A stretch of 64,000 nt of DNA from Octopus sinensis (Eukaryota): positions 63,798,001 to 63,862,000 of the forward strand of contig NC_043010.1 of assembly GCF_006345805.1 (NCBI RefSeq), given 5' to 3'. Below the pieces are notes generated by a model, which saw nothing but the letters and a program-made list of their open reading frames with translations, did not search any database and was not told the DNA's origin. Shown here piece after piece: positions 38,781-51,978 of the stretch (position 1 is the first letter of the stretch; each line of letters starts with the position of its first letter). The position numbers were made by a program, and so were the translations under genes.

Positions 38781-39705
38781 CAGAGGGGACATGAATCTGG
38801 TTCGTATCTTGATGCACATGAGACACTTTAATGTATCGAATAGTTTTAAAAAGAGAGGGAAAAAACCGCACAGTTCTGACAAAGTTGTTTGTTTATATCA
38901 ACAAAATGCTCATTGCTGTTTTTTTTTTCTTCTTATATATAATATATATTATGCATTATTAACAGACATTATATTTCAATTATTGAATACTTTTCAACGG
39001 AGAGATTACTTTCACCTTTCGATTTGGAAAGTTGTCGGCTTAAAGTGACATCTTATCAAACGCGGATGTATGCAGTACTTTCGTTCGTTCATTATTTGTA
39101 TTTCAGACAAAAAGCCTTTAATTTTTTTTAATGATAAACAACATAATTGTTTTTTTTGTTTGATTATGGAAAATATCAATCATTATAAGTGAACTGGAAA
39201 TAGTGACGGTCTTATTTCTCGGTAACTCACTAAGAAAACAACGAACTTCAACGCAATGATGTAATATTTTGGAAATTATTCTGTATTGATGATAATAAAC
39301 CTGTTGAGATGGTAAGTGAATGTAGTTGGATGAATCTTTAATTTTCAAACACTAAGTGAATAAAGGTTTACTTTGGGTTGTTGCAGAGTATGATAACGAT
39401 AGAAAGGCATGTTACATGGTATTTATTGATGGTAAAGTGGTTCGGCAATGAATTTTCTTTAGGATACAGACATGTGTATATGATGGATTTAACTGTACTA
39501 GCATAGCTACAGAATGTGTTCCATCGATGTTGTTTCTTGAAATGTGTGTCTTTAATGGAGTTTTCTAGAAAAACGTTTTCAATAGTGTAGACTAAGAATA
39601 AGTTCATGAAAAGAAATTTATCAAGACCATTGTAATCTGCACCTTCTATAACGAATCTCTGGAAAATTTCATCAAATGTATTCAGTCTGAATATGTACAA
39701 GTCAT

Positions 39706-39920
39706 AAGGCGGCGCGCTGACAGAAACGTTAGCAGGCCGGGCGAAATGCTTAGCAGTATTTCATCTGCCGTTACGTTCTGAGTTCAATTTCTGCCGAGGT
39801 CGACTTTGCTTTTCATCCTTTCGGGGTCGATAAATCAAGCACCAGTTGTGTACTGGGGTTGATCTAATCGATTTGTTCCTTTCCCTAAACTTTCGGGCCT
39901 TATGCCTAGAGTAGAAAAGA
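39706..39920 (+). mobile_element. SINE
   Basis: GGCGGCGCGCTGACAGAAACGTTAGCA...GTTCTGAGTTCAA..GCCGAGGTCGACTTTG; same family as 8005 and 60170. Confidence 0.75.
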
Positions 39921-40881
39921 ATACGAGTCATGTATTGTCAGTTAATAACTGATTTAAAATAGTTTCTTTTTTATTACAAGAGAATGTAACAAGCTTATTT
40001 TTCACCGCCATTAAGTCATAACTGCAATGCGCATCGTCTAAAATGTATCCGGAAAATTTCATGAAAAGAAAAAAGCATTTTAAAGAAAGTTACGATGAAA
40101 CCCAGTCGTTTGTAGTTATGCTGGCTGTACTTAGTTATCAACATGTTAGGGTTAGTCATTTTAATTGTTGAATTTTATTGCAGGAACCGTGTATTTAAAT
40201 AAATGCTACATGCTGATGAAGGAACAAACAGCCATTAAAATGCATCTGCGAACGTGAAGGGTAAATGAAGGTCGTACTGCATTGATGAGTACCTGAATAT
40301 GAATCCACGTAAATAAAAAAAAATAAGTAGAAAGTCACATGTTATGCCATCATATATAAAGTGGAGTCATTATGCAAAAGTCATGTATTGCCAGTTAATA
40401 ACTGATTTGAAATATTTTCTCTTTTATTAGTTTAATTGTTTATAATATTTAATAATTTCTGAGCTGAATATTCTTCTTTGATTACCTGACTCCCTTTTCT
40501 AGACAAAATTGTGACCTTTTCCAGTGATTTTATTACAGGCCATCATAAATTATTTGTGACTTTATCACCGGTCACGCCTAAAATATATGCACTACATTGG
40601 CATTTCGACGATGTATTTTGATGTATTTGAAAACGATAGCACAAAGTGAGATATTTCATATCAATCTGATGCAGCCTCTATAAAAATATTTCGTTGTCAT
40701 ACATTCCAATATTCAAAAGTCTTTTAACAACACTAAGGATTCTTTCAGTTTTCAGTTCTTACTCTTTCGATATCTCCATTTCAAAATGGGGTGGGTGTGT
40801 GATGGAGTTGGGATTGAAATTTTGAAATGCCGATTTTTGCCAATGTTTTTTCCGTTTTGGGATCTTTTCCTTTTGAACGGC

Positions 40882-41050
40882 ATTATTGATCATCTTTTGA
40901 GTCATTCATTAATTTCGATCGAGAACAAGAATGAGATTCAAACAGAAAAAAACCCCCGAAGATAAATCTCGGAAATCACTCGATATCATTTTAAATCAAG
41001 TGAAAACCGAGGACAATGAGAATATGTCGGATTTATTTAACGAATTCATG
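40882..41050 (+). pseudogene. Orphan CARD fragment copied from copy D
   Basis: Close match to 38322-38489 with one extra A in the A-run; no start codon or 3' part. Confidence 0.85.
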
Positions 41051-41658
41051 GACCGTACTCCCTTTCAGTTTTTTTCCACGTTTTTTGTTTTCTACAGAAA
41101 CTGACTATTGCGATTGCGAATATTCCGAATCTGCAAAAATCTGTATTTCTAAATTTAAATTCCACGCCACTCGACCCCAATTTCTTCATTTTTCAGTTTT
41201 TTTTAGAAAAATTTTTTTTTGGCGAAATAGGTAGAAAAATATGGAGATTATGATTCTGAAAGAAATAATTTTGTAAAATTTCAGTTCTTTGAAAACAATA
41301 AAAATAATATCAAAAAAAAAAAAAAAAAGAAAAAACAAGAAAAAACTGGAATTATGCTAAAATAGCAAACGTAAAAAGCATCTGACAGAAAATTGTTTTT
41401 TTTTTTGCACACACACACACACACGACGCCAAGAAAATGACATTAAAAAAGAATTTTTTTTCTTTTTTTGTAATTCGTATTGAGAAAGTTGATCTTCGGT
41501 TTGGCTGTTGTTTCTAGCTCGTCGGACGTTCCGGTTGGAGCGTACTTAGCAATTGAAGATTTTGAAAACCCGAGTTATAACGAAACATAACGAATGGCCT
41601 CTTTTCATTTGGTTTTAGTTTTGTCAGTTTTTTCTTTTCTTTTTTTTTTTACGAATTC

Positions 41659-42430
41659 TCAAGTGTAATGTAGGTTGTATGTGGATATGTACGGCATTAT
41701 TTTTGGGGAATGTGTGTTGTTGTGTTGAACTTTTCTCAAGGTTTCTATGTCAATTTGTGTAGCACCTCTGATTCCATGCTCTATGAGTTGAACTGGGTAG
41801 TGTCTGTCAATTAGGGTGTTTTTGAGTTCTTGCAGTCTAAAGTCTCTGGTGTTTTGTTCTGACACTATTGTGAATATCCTTCTTGCAAGGTTGAAGGGGA
41901 TGTTTGTTCTGGTGTGTATTGGGTGGCATGAATTAAATAGTAGATATTGTTTAGCGTCTGTGGTTTCGTAAAATATGTCCATTTCTTCTTTTAGGTTTAT
42001 CCAAGAATGGAAGCTCCTTTTGGTTGTACTCCATTGCGAACTGTATGTTTGGGTTGACGCTGTTCAATAGTCTTTTGAATTTCAGGAGTTTATCTGTGTT
42101 TTTTTTTTTATTCCAGAGTATGAAACAGTCGTCTGGGAATATTTTCCAATTCACTTTTATGTATTGGGAAAGGGGGTTTCCAAAGGTAGATAAAGATTCC
42201 TGGTATATTATTACTTCCAAGTAGCCCATTGTTAGGTTCGCAATGACTGGTGCTGCCCTAGTACCCATAGCAATTCCGGATTTTTGTCGGTAAAACGTAT
42301 TGTCAAACATGAAGCGGTTATTTCGGAGGATGAATTCAACCGATTTAGTTATGAATTCTTTACTGATCCTTTTTGGTATTTCTTCCGGAAATTGGTCCAA
42401 CCAGAACTGAATTGCCTCTAGCCCATAATT
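41659..42430 (-). mobile_element. Penelope-like element reverse transcriptase fragment
   Basis: F.FDNTFYRQKSGIAMGTRAAPVIANL.M, DDCF, LPFLD, then YLLFNSCHP..NIPFNLARRI. Confidence 0.85.
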
Positions 42431-42804
42431 CAGTTGTGGCTGGACAATTCAGACCTGGCAATTCAGTAACTATGTTACTATACGCAAAATTTGTCACATT
42501 TTTCTAACATAACGATTTAAATATATTCTTTAACCATATAACACAAGCCTTCAGTAGCTTTTTCACTCTTTTTTGTCTTTTATACATCCAGCCACGTGCT
42601 TTCACATACCAACTCTCTCACATCTATATCTATTTATATATATATATATATACACACACACAAAATGGGACAAGAACTGAAAACATTATCGCAAATAGTT
42701 ACGTGGTAGCAGGGCGTTCTAGAACTAGCAGCCAAATACATCGAATGCAATCGAAAAAAAAAACTATTTCATACTGAGGTTACGAACGGGTCTTTTATAA
42801 AATA

Positions 42805-43321
42805 CTAGCAGTATCGCCCGGCGTTGCTCGGGTTTGTAAGGGAAATAACTATATAAGCATTTTTAGAGAGTTACTTCCCTTATAGATGCCAATTCGGGCT
42901 TTCTTAGCCATTTCTGTATTGGTGTCTTCAAGCCATGAAGTCGTTGTTCTAAAAGAACGCTGGTCTCCTTGACAACGCATTACGACGTTGATTTCCTTAA
43001 ACTCCCTTCCCCACAGCTTCACGAGGGAGGGAAGAAGGGGGAGAAGCAAACACAGGTGCAGGTGTTTGAGCGTGGACGCCAACTCCGCCGCCATCGACAC
43101 ACGAAAAATTATGCATTAAAATGGAATAAAAAATGATGTTAAATTATTTTTAAAATCGTAGACTCATCGTAGACGCGCGCTAATAGCCAGACGGGCTCGA
43201 TATTAATCACGACTATAAGATACCCGAATTTGGTTAAACTGCACCGCAAAATGTGGGAGGAGTTAGGAATCTAAATCGAAGGGGACAGACACTCACACAA
43301 CTACAGTTTTATATATATAGA
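42805..43321 (-). mobile_element. Non-autonomous Helitron, second copy
   Basis: TC...hairpin...CTAG between A and T on the minus strand; homologous to 19923-20316. Confidence 0.8.
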
Positions 43322-44776
43322 TTTACCGCATTTTTAAAGTCATTTTCACTTTAGAATATTTTTAAAATATGCCAAAAATAATTTTTGTAATAGAATTCAC
43401 CTGAAAATAATTTAAAAAACATTAAAATATTATCTGTTTAAAGAAAGCTAAAATATAACAGAACAACATAATGTAAAATAACTTACATTTTTGTAAAGAC
43501 ATTCACTTAAAAATATTTCTAAATGATTCAAATATTGAGTTCAATAAAGGCGAAAATACTGTAGGAAAAAAATCATATTTTTTCGTTGTCAACTCACTGT
43601 CTAATAAAAAGATGAAAGTTTCTTCCCTTCCAGGGTGAAGCTTATTTTCGGAACATCTTCCCATTGTACACCGCTTGGGGTATTTATATTCCGAAAATCT
43701 CTAATATCTCAGGAACTACTTTACTGATTTACGCGAAACTTGTTTCATTTTGTTCATATTAACATTTCAAGGTAAGCTTAATTTATAGTATTTTCCCATT
43801 ATGCGCCAGTTTGGCTCAGTAACTTTGCATGCAAGCAAGCAATATTCAAACTGACTCTTAATGTATTATAGATAACAATAAACATGTTTAACCTTTTCTT
43901 TGTTTATTATATTTTCGAGATTAAGATTATTCGTGAGTAACTCGCAGGTTGTTTTCAAACCAATACTCAAAGAAATCATAGAAATCTGACTCGCAAGATT
44001 TTGTTCAATGTTATTTTTTAAAATTCAAATCCAGCATCATAAATGTAACAGGAGTGCTCTCCCTTGGTTTACTTTTGAACTTACGGGAAGGCATGTGCTA
44101 AAAAGGCCTTCCCTAATTTCTTTTCTTCTAAGAATTTACTTATCGAGAAGAATGACAAGTATCAAATTTCTTAACTAATTCTTCAACCGACTCTGGGAAG
44201 AATTTAGGTAAACGACTTAAGGTCGTGATGGAGAATATAGATAAAGCAATGCCTATTTAACGAGTGTGAAACACAATTCATTAGTACAAGACATACAGAT
44301 GTGAGTGACAAAGCCTCCGGCAGCAGCTTAAATGTCACTAAAAAAAATATCGGAAATCCTGGGTTTATATAAGCTACTTTGGACATTACTAAAAGCGTCC
44401 AGGAACTTAATTTCAGAACAACTTTTGGTCTATAGTTTATTAACAGAAGGATATACTGTAAATAACAATTTAAATAAGTAAAAATATATATATATATATG
44501 ATAAATTAATTTAACAATAATAACCTCTCATACATATTTAGAAACTCAATAATAAATTGTTGCAGTATCATATTACTCGTACAAGTAGAAAGTTTTGGGC
44601 ACTGGAAAACCTCTCTAATGGCTATTGAGGTACGCCAGTATACTTGCAGTGTTGTCGCGACTGATGCACGGGAACAACCAAGCGCCCTCAGTTACCTCTG
44701 CTAGGCGACGGTTTCGGCTAATACTTTCTTAGGCCTATCAAAATAATCTTTTTTAAATAGACTTTCTCTAAACTTG

Positions 44777-45167
44777 GGATCTTTTCGGTTTGACCGGCAG
44801 TTTTTTCTAGCGGTGTCATATGAAATTGTCACCCATAATTATGACCCTAGTATCGATCTATTGCATTTCAATCTGTTTTAGGGTTAGGGGGAAGGGTATC
44901 TCTTTTCTTTAGAAATGTAAATAAACCCAATCTGTTTCTTAAGCGAGGGACATATACGGCACATAATGTTTTCATCTCAATAGACGTCATTGATTGGTTG
45001 AAATTGCAGAAAAACAACAACAAATATCTTACAAGCTATAGAATTTTCTCAATAAAGCCAAGAGAAAAAGATGTTTTATAAACACATTCTATCAGTATAC
45101 GAAGTTTAAAAGAGTTTAGTTACGTGGAAATTATTTTAAAAAACTGCCGGTCAAACCGAAAAGATCC
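44777..45167. mobile_element. MITE with ~30 bp TIRs and an 8 bp target-site duplication
   Basis: GGATCTTTTCGGTTTGACCGGCAGTTTTTT / AAAAAACTGCCGGTCAAACCGAAAAGATCC, flanked on both sides by TAAACTTG. Confidence 0.9.
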
Positions 45168-45348
45168 TAAACTTGTATTTTAGCGCCAAAAGAAAATATT
45201 CACGGAACAACTCTAGTTGATTTCCGTTCAAAATATACCTGCTACAAAGCTTTCTACAGATGTAGTTGTGTAGTTAGGAAATTCACCAGCAAACATTTCC
45301 GTGTTTACCCACATACAACACTGAATGTCAAAGCATACTTAGAACACG

Positions 45349-45463
45349 ATGTCTGGAATACAGCAGTTGTTGAATACAACTATAATTCAGCGAAGTTATA
45401 GGGAACTTGTGGAGAGTTTTGAAAGTGTGACTATACAAAGAATCATCGATTACCTTTTGATTC
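45349..45463 (+). pseudogene. 5' stub of another CARD-family gene (copy E), truncated by a retroelement
   Basis: Translates as MSGIQQLLNTTIIQRSYRELVESFESVTIQRIIDYLLI, homologous to the family N-termini, with the family upstream sequence; homology stops at TGTAGTG (45464). Confidence 0.85.
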
Positions 45464-46135
45464 TGTAGTGTAGAGAAGGACCGGAACTAAGGTAGTACGC
45501 ATGTCCTGTCGGAAGTGGGGACTGTGGGTCCCACCAGAATGGCCGCAGTGGGCATGCGGTGTTGGCGAAATGTAAGCAGTAAGTTGGCAGTGGATAGCGT
45601 ACGAGAGCAGACCTGTTAGATGGTACGGCGACAGACAGAGTACGCGGACATTGTGAGTGACCCTTCCAGATCGATAGGTAAGACTACCGCAATTCTCCCT
45701 CTGCTTCTGTCTTTTCCTCCTTCACATCACAAGCTATTTCGGCTCAAAAGGAAAAAAAAAAATGATTGGTATGGTTCCTGTTTCGAACGAGACGTTTAGG
45801 CTATTTTGCGGCGAGGGAGACACCGCCGCTTGGTTGATAAAAATTAAGTTGGTGGCAAGACACCACGGTATATATGACCTACCGAGTTTCATTCCATTGT
45901 ACCTCGATGGATCGGCGTTGGCACTATACCTGGAAATAGAGGAGAAGGACCAGTTAAGCGAAGAAAAAATAGATGTTCGGCTGATAGAGGCTTTTACGGA
46001 AGGGTCATTTATGGCATATGGTTCACTGGGGAAAGCAAAGTGGACGAGTGAAGAGGTCGACGTGTTTGCCACGTCAGGAGATTGGCCAGACTTGCGGGAT
46101 ACAAAGATGAAGCGTTGGAACAAACAGTTAAAAGC
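45464..46135 (+). mobile_element. Gypsy-like LTR retrotransposon 5' part (probable LTR and gag fragment)
   Basis: Starts with TG; ORF 45762 F.GEGD..AWL.K.KLVA....LPSFIPLYLDG.ALALYLE...VDVFA, continuing RRLARLAG after a frameshift, resembles Gypsy gag. Confidence 0.7.
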
Positions 46136-49104
46136 TGCCGAATATTCACTCTATGGCGAGTCCTAGCCTCGTGTTGCTTAGTTTTTCCTTGGGGTTGGCC
46201 AGATTGGAGCAATCTCAAGGTTAATCAGCTAAAATTGCGAGGATGATCTGGTTCTTGACTGAGGATAGACAGCTTCGAATGATGACCCATCCTTGTTATT
46301 TTTATATTTTATATCGTCTGTCTGGATGTTTTGTTGTCCCTTTTTGTATCACCTGGTTGTCCGGATGTTTTGCGTTCTTGTCCCATTTTGTATTATATAT
46401 ATATATGCAAACCTACATACATCATGCATGTACATACCTACGTATGTATATACACATGCATATATGGGTACAAGATGTCAAAAGAACATGAACAACATGA
46501 GAAACGAGAACATGAATAAACAAAAACATGGAAAACGAACTTTTTTTTGAACTACGAAAGAAACAAATAGAGAAACTACACAGGCAACCTAAAGAACAAT
46601 CCCTTCATCAGTGCCCTCTGTTTTATCTACTCCGCATTTCGGACGTTTAGGGCAAGATGCATCTTCATCAAAACAGTCGTTCCTGCAAAGCAAATTAAAT
46701 AAAATTTGGGATTTGCGGAGGGTTAACGTAACAAAAACAGGACAGTAAGAACAAAGCAGCAAAAGCAAACGGTAAGGACTGTTTAGCCATAATGAAGTGA
46801 AGGGGTGAACACTGGAGAAACGAGCTTTGACAGGAGACAGGCAAAAATGTGTGTTGTCTCTTGTAGCGTAAGGAGGAGAAAGCAAGATAGCCGCTGGTCA
46901 CGTGTGAGCAACGAGAGAGTCAAGGAGGAAGAGTGAGGGAGAGATAGAGAACGGTGAAGGGGAGGAGGAGAAATAGAGACAGGGTAGGAGAGAAAGAAAG
47001 AATAGAGGCAGATAGTAATATAAGTGCCGCATCAGAATTATTAAGATAAAACTTACTTGGAAATGGATGCATGGCGTTCGATCATATAATATAAAAATAT
47101 AAATTATATATGTATTGTTACGGACCACCTGCCGTCGTCCGGTCGATCAGCGAATGTTCGCCACGGAAACTCGGAGAGAGAGACAACAACAACTACAACA
47201 GCAGCCGCAAGAAGAGATACAGAGGCAATCGAGAGAGACACAAAGAAGGCAATTGGCTCACATTTAACGTACTAGTTTATATGACTATTAATTATTACAT
47301 CAAATATATATCAGATACATTTAAAGAGGACACGTCGAATTAAACAACTCAATACATCATACAGGTATACCACAGATCAAAGCATTTAAACTGTCCGGAG
47401 ACAACAGTTCTGTTTCAAATCACATTAACGTTACAGTTCAAAGGACATTAAAAGCATATACAGTTCAATGTTCGTTACACAGTTCTTTTCAACAACTCTG
47501 TACACAATGTCTTTACACAGTTCACATTGTTCTTTTTTTACTGTCTCATTTCTTTTACATTTCAATACATCGATTCTTTTTCCTTCTTTTTCTTCACATA
47601 TCAATACACAATTCACGTACCTTAGTTCCTACTATAATAGCCAATGTCTCATACTGTACCCCATCTCTCTTAGCACTGCTAAATCCAACTTGCTAACCGC
47701 TTGCCTTGAATTCCAAATCCTCACCCCTAAATCCAACCGCTCGCCTTGACTACCAAATACCGACTGCCCAAAAACCTCTTGCTCTGTCACTACCCGCAAT
47801 CTCTCTTAGCTCTGTCGCAATCACTCTCTCTCTCTCTTAGCTCTGCAATACTCTCTGCCTGTCTTCCTCTGCCCCTCATTCTCTCTCACTCTACTGTCAT
47901 CTCTCATGACAGCTCCCAGATTCCTTAATCTGTCTTTCTCAGCCCTTCATCCTCTCACTCTACTGTATCTCTCATGACAAGCCCCCAGATTCCTTAATCT
48001 GTCTTTTTCGGCACTCAATATTTCTCTCACTGTCTCTCACACACTGAACTCTAATTCACCTGACGGGGTCGGGAAGTTTCCCCAGAGCTAATTAATCAAC
48101 CCGCATCTGGCAGAACAATGGATTCATTGCCAAATGTAGGTCGCCGTCAACGGTCCTCAAATTGAACCACAACAATATATATATGTGCATACACACAGAC
48201 ATTTATTGGAATATAATGCGTTCGTATATATATATATACACACACAGAGACATTTATTGGAATATAATGCGTTTGTATATATATAGTCACACACATACAC
48301 ACACATTTATTAGAATATAATGCGTCTGTATATATGATACATATATAATATAAAACCACATTATAAATAGAAATCTCAAATCGGGAGAAAAGATGGAAAA
48401 AGAGAAACTTTCTAGCTTAAAGTAACATCATGTCTTTCATTGCCATCCACTGCCACTTCGTCTGTTGTTTTACTATTCTCTGCCTACAGCATGACCGAAA
48501 CCAAGCGTTTTATTTCATAAGATGACAATCTGTCCGTCATTCCCAATAGAAACATTATAGTGAAAGGCACTCGTGGTGCGACTTGCAATGTTGCAATTCG
48601 ATATTGAAAGTCGAAACGTGAGGAGGGAATGTTGCACTTGTGAGGAGAGAAGGATTTGGTGAGCGGACAGGATTTGGAGGAGGAACAGGCATTGGTTGCA
48701 TTGCCGCAAGGCAGCGTAAGCCTTGCTTGTTCGCAGATTGAGGAAGTGTTTTTGTAGAAGATGCATACACGCACGCACACACGCGCGCGGTATATATCGG
48801 TTCAAGGGAGATCACTTTCAGATCTGAGAATAACATTGTTTGGGAATGAGGTTAAAAAAATGTCCAATTACGTCGGTACTTATATACAAAGAGGAACAAC
48901 TTTTTTGAAAATAATTATCTCTGTTTCAGCAGAGTTATATTCTCTAACTTCATTTTATGTTCATTTGGCTTTACTGTAGAAATTGTTGCGAAAATCCCTA
49001 TATTTTTCCACGTTACATATCTGGTTTAATGAAATTTCGTTGGACAAGGTGGACCATCACCACACCCCACTTCCGTTTTTTTTTAAATATATAATCAAAA
49101 CCTA

Positions 49105-50090
49105 GGCAGAGGTAAAGAAGACGCAGAACATTTAAAAAAATTCCTTGCCAAAGAGATGCAGATGAAACCTGATGAATGGGAAACCAAACTGAAAGAAAGA
49201 TGGTTCTCTATCCTTCAGCAGATTGAATTTCAAGAACAATACTCCGAGTTGTTAATTTTGTGCCCGTTCTTAATTAGCACACCAGCACAAAATGCTAATG
49301 ATGAGCGTGTCTTTTCGAGGATGAATGTTCAGTGGACTGATGAACGAAATACGTTGGGTGTGGCTACTGTAGAAGCTATCTTACAATGCACATGGAACCT
49401 TAACGGTCAATATAAAGCATTTTATAGGCATGTGTTAGAAAACAAGGACCTGTTAACAAAAGTGAACTATAACTGAAGGTAAAGGTTCAAGTTTAATTCT
49501 CATGCGGTCTGTTAAGAAAATTTTGCATGTAAGTTTATCAGTTTTGTTTCTTTGCACGTTCTCCATATGAAACACAACTTTTTAGTCTCTTTCTGTGTTT
49601 GGATTAAATAATAATTTTCTAATTTCTTTCCTTTGCATTTTTCTATTGTCTCTATTGAATAAGAATTTTGCAATGATTTCACTTTCTCAGTATTTCTCTT
49701 AGATATCTTTATTGCCGGTATTAAATAATAATATTCAAATGCTTTCATACAAAAAGATTTTTTATTCATATTGTCTCTATTTGTCATTGAATAAAAAAAA
49801 TTACAATGATTTCGATCTAACAGAATTTTTTTGCCTATTTCTTTATTTCTGTATTAAAGAAATATTTTCAAATTATTTCACTTTAACAGAATTTTTTTAA
49901 AGCTTGTATTAAATGATTTTGAAATGATTTTACTTTTGTTTTTCTCATAACCCATTAAAATAATTGCTTTATGTTTTTAACCCTTGTCTCTACTTTTATA
50001 TAATATATTGTTCTGGGTGTGTCGGCATGCATAAATTTATATATAGAGAGCTATTTAAAAATGTTCCATATTTCTAATCTGGCAACCCTA
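49105..50090 (+). mobile_element. hAT 3' remnant (duplicate)
   Basis: Duplicate of 29280-30265. Confidence 0.8.
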
Positions 50091-51322
50091 GTTAAGTGTG
50101 GGGTTTTTGTTGCGTTGCAACTAGAAAACGATTAGAAAATATCAATTTGTTCATATTGAACAAAAGGGATGTACTCTTTCCAGTGTGTGTCAGTGCTTTG
50201 TGTCTATAAATCAGAATGTTGGATCAGCGCCAGCGTCAGAGCGTCGGATATGTTATGCAGTATTTCATCCGACTCTCTTTGGTCTGTGTTGAATCTCGTC
50301 AATATAAACCTTACGTTTCATCTCTCCAGAGGCGATGAAATAAAATATCAGTCAAATACGAGGTTCCGTATAAGCGATTCCTCCCGCCACAGTTTTCAGA
50401 TAGTGCGCATATATTAAAGACAGTTATGTTATATAATTGCATATAACTGAATGTTACAGTGAATTGATACGTTATCTATCTTATAGATTTAATAAAAGTT
50501 AATTATATTTTAATAATATTTATTTAGGAACACAAAAGTTTGAAAAAAAATCGTTTTTAAAGAGAAGAAAAGGGTCATTTAATTTGTACTCTCTTACTCT
50601 TCTACTTGTTTCAGTCATTTGACTGCGATCATGCTGGAGCACCACCTTTAGTCGAATAAATCGACCCAGGACTTATTCTTTGTAAGCCTAGTACTTATTC
50701 TATTAGTCACTTTTTGCTGAACCGCTAAGTTACGGGGACGTTAACACACCAGCATCGGTTATCGAGCGGTGGTGGGGGGACAAACACACACAAACAACAA
50801 ACTCATACATATACGACGGGCTTCTTTCAGTTTCCGTCTACCAAATCCCCTCACAAGGCTTTGATAAGCCCAAGGCTAAAGTAGAAGACACTTGCCCAAG
50901 GTGCCACACTGTGGGACTGAACCCAGAACCATGTGGTTGGGAAGCAGGCTTTTTGCCACACAACCACTCCTGCACCTATGTAATTTAGAAATTCACTCAG
51001 AAACTAAAAGTTTTAGCTTCTCTAAAATCGATTAAACTGAAAGTCGGAATGCATGAACATAATTATGTTTATTTGAATTAACTTTAATACACGTTTATAC
51101 TTTGGGCTTAACGACAGTTCTTGCGTTATAACTCCGAGCTGAGCACAAGTTGTATGATATGGAAATGAAATTTATACGTGAAATTGACCCACATTACAGC
51201 ATTTTCGAGCGTCACCACATTCAGTGTGCATGCGCAGACGTCGCTGCATAAAGAAGTTGAACGGCAAATTTTTTTAGTGTATCCACGTAGAAAACTGACT
51301 GTCTAATCATACTCAGAGCACG

Positions 51323-51978
51323 ATGGCTAACAAACAGCAGCTCAGGAACTCAATTAAAATTAAACGATGTCGTAATGATCTTGTGCATGGGCTTGATGAT
51401 GTGACTATAAAAAACATGGTTGATCATTTTTTATCTCAATCGTTTATCAATGACGAGGAAAAGAATGGAATTCAAGTAGAAAAGACTCCACAAGACAAAG
51501 CTCGGAACTTACACGACGTTATTCGCCGCAAAGTGGAAAGCCAGGATAAACAGAATAAGTCAAAAATATTCGATGGATTTGTGAAATGTCTAAGAGAACA
51601 TAACCCGAGTTTAGCATTAACCGTGGAAAATGCTGATGACAGTGTGCCGAATGACGAACTTGACATAGATAATATCCTTGAACGTGTTAAAAATATAGAT
51701 TTGAATGAGAAAATGTTAAATCGTATTTTGATGCGTATGGGCTCTGGATGGGAATCTGTTGCTTCTGAATTAGGTATAGAGAGCATAAAAATTGATAATG
51801 TTAGGCAAACAACCCACACAGCACACATAACCAGAAGTTTGAGGCATTTAATTCCTGGAGAAAAAAACAAGCCCATGGGCGTGGTGCATTAACAAAACTT
51901 ATAAAAGCCATCAATTACTGTTCTGTTAATTGCAATGTAAACATGAATAAAATACTTGAATGTATTATGGACCCTTAA
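51323..51978 (+). pseudogene. CARD + DD copy C with a -1 frameshift in the death domain (189 aa as assembled)
   Basis: One base missing near 51803-51810; the original frame continues NPHSTHNQKF...KILECIMDP* to 51978. Confidence 0.8.
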
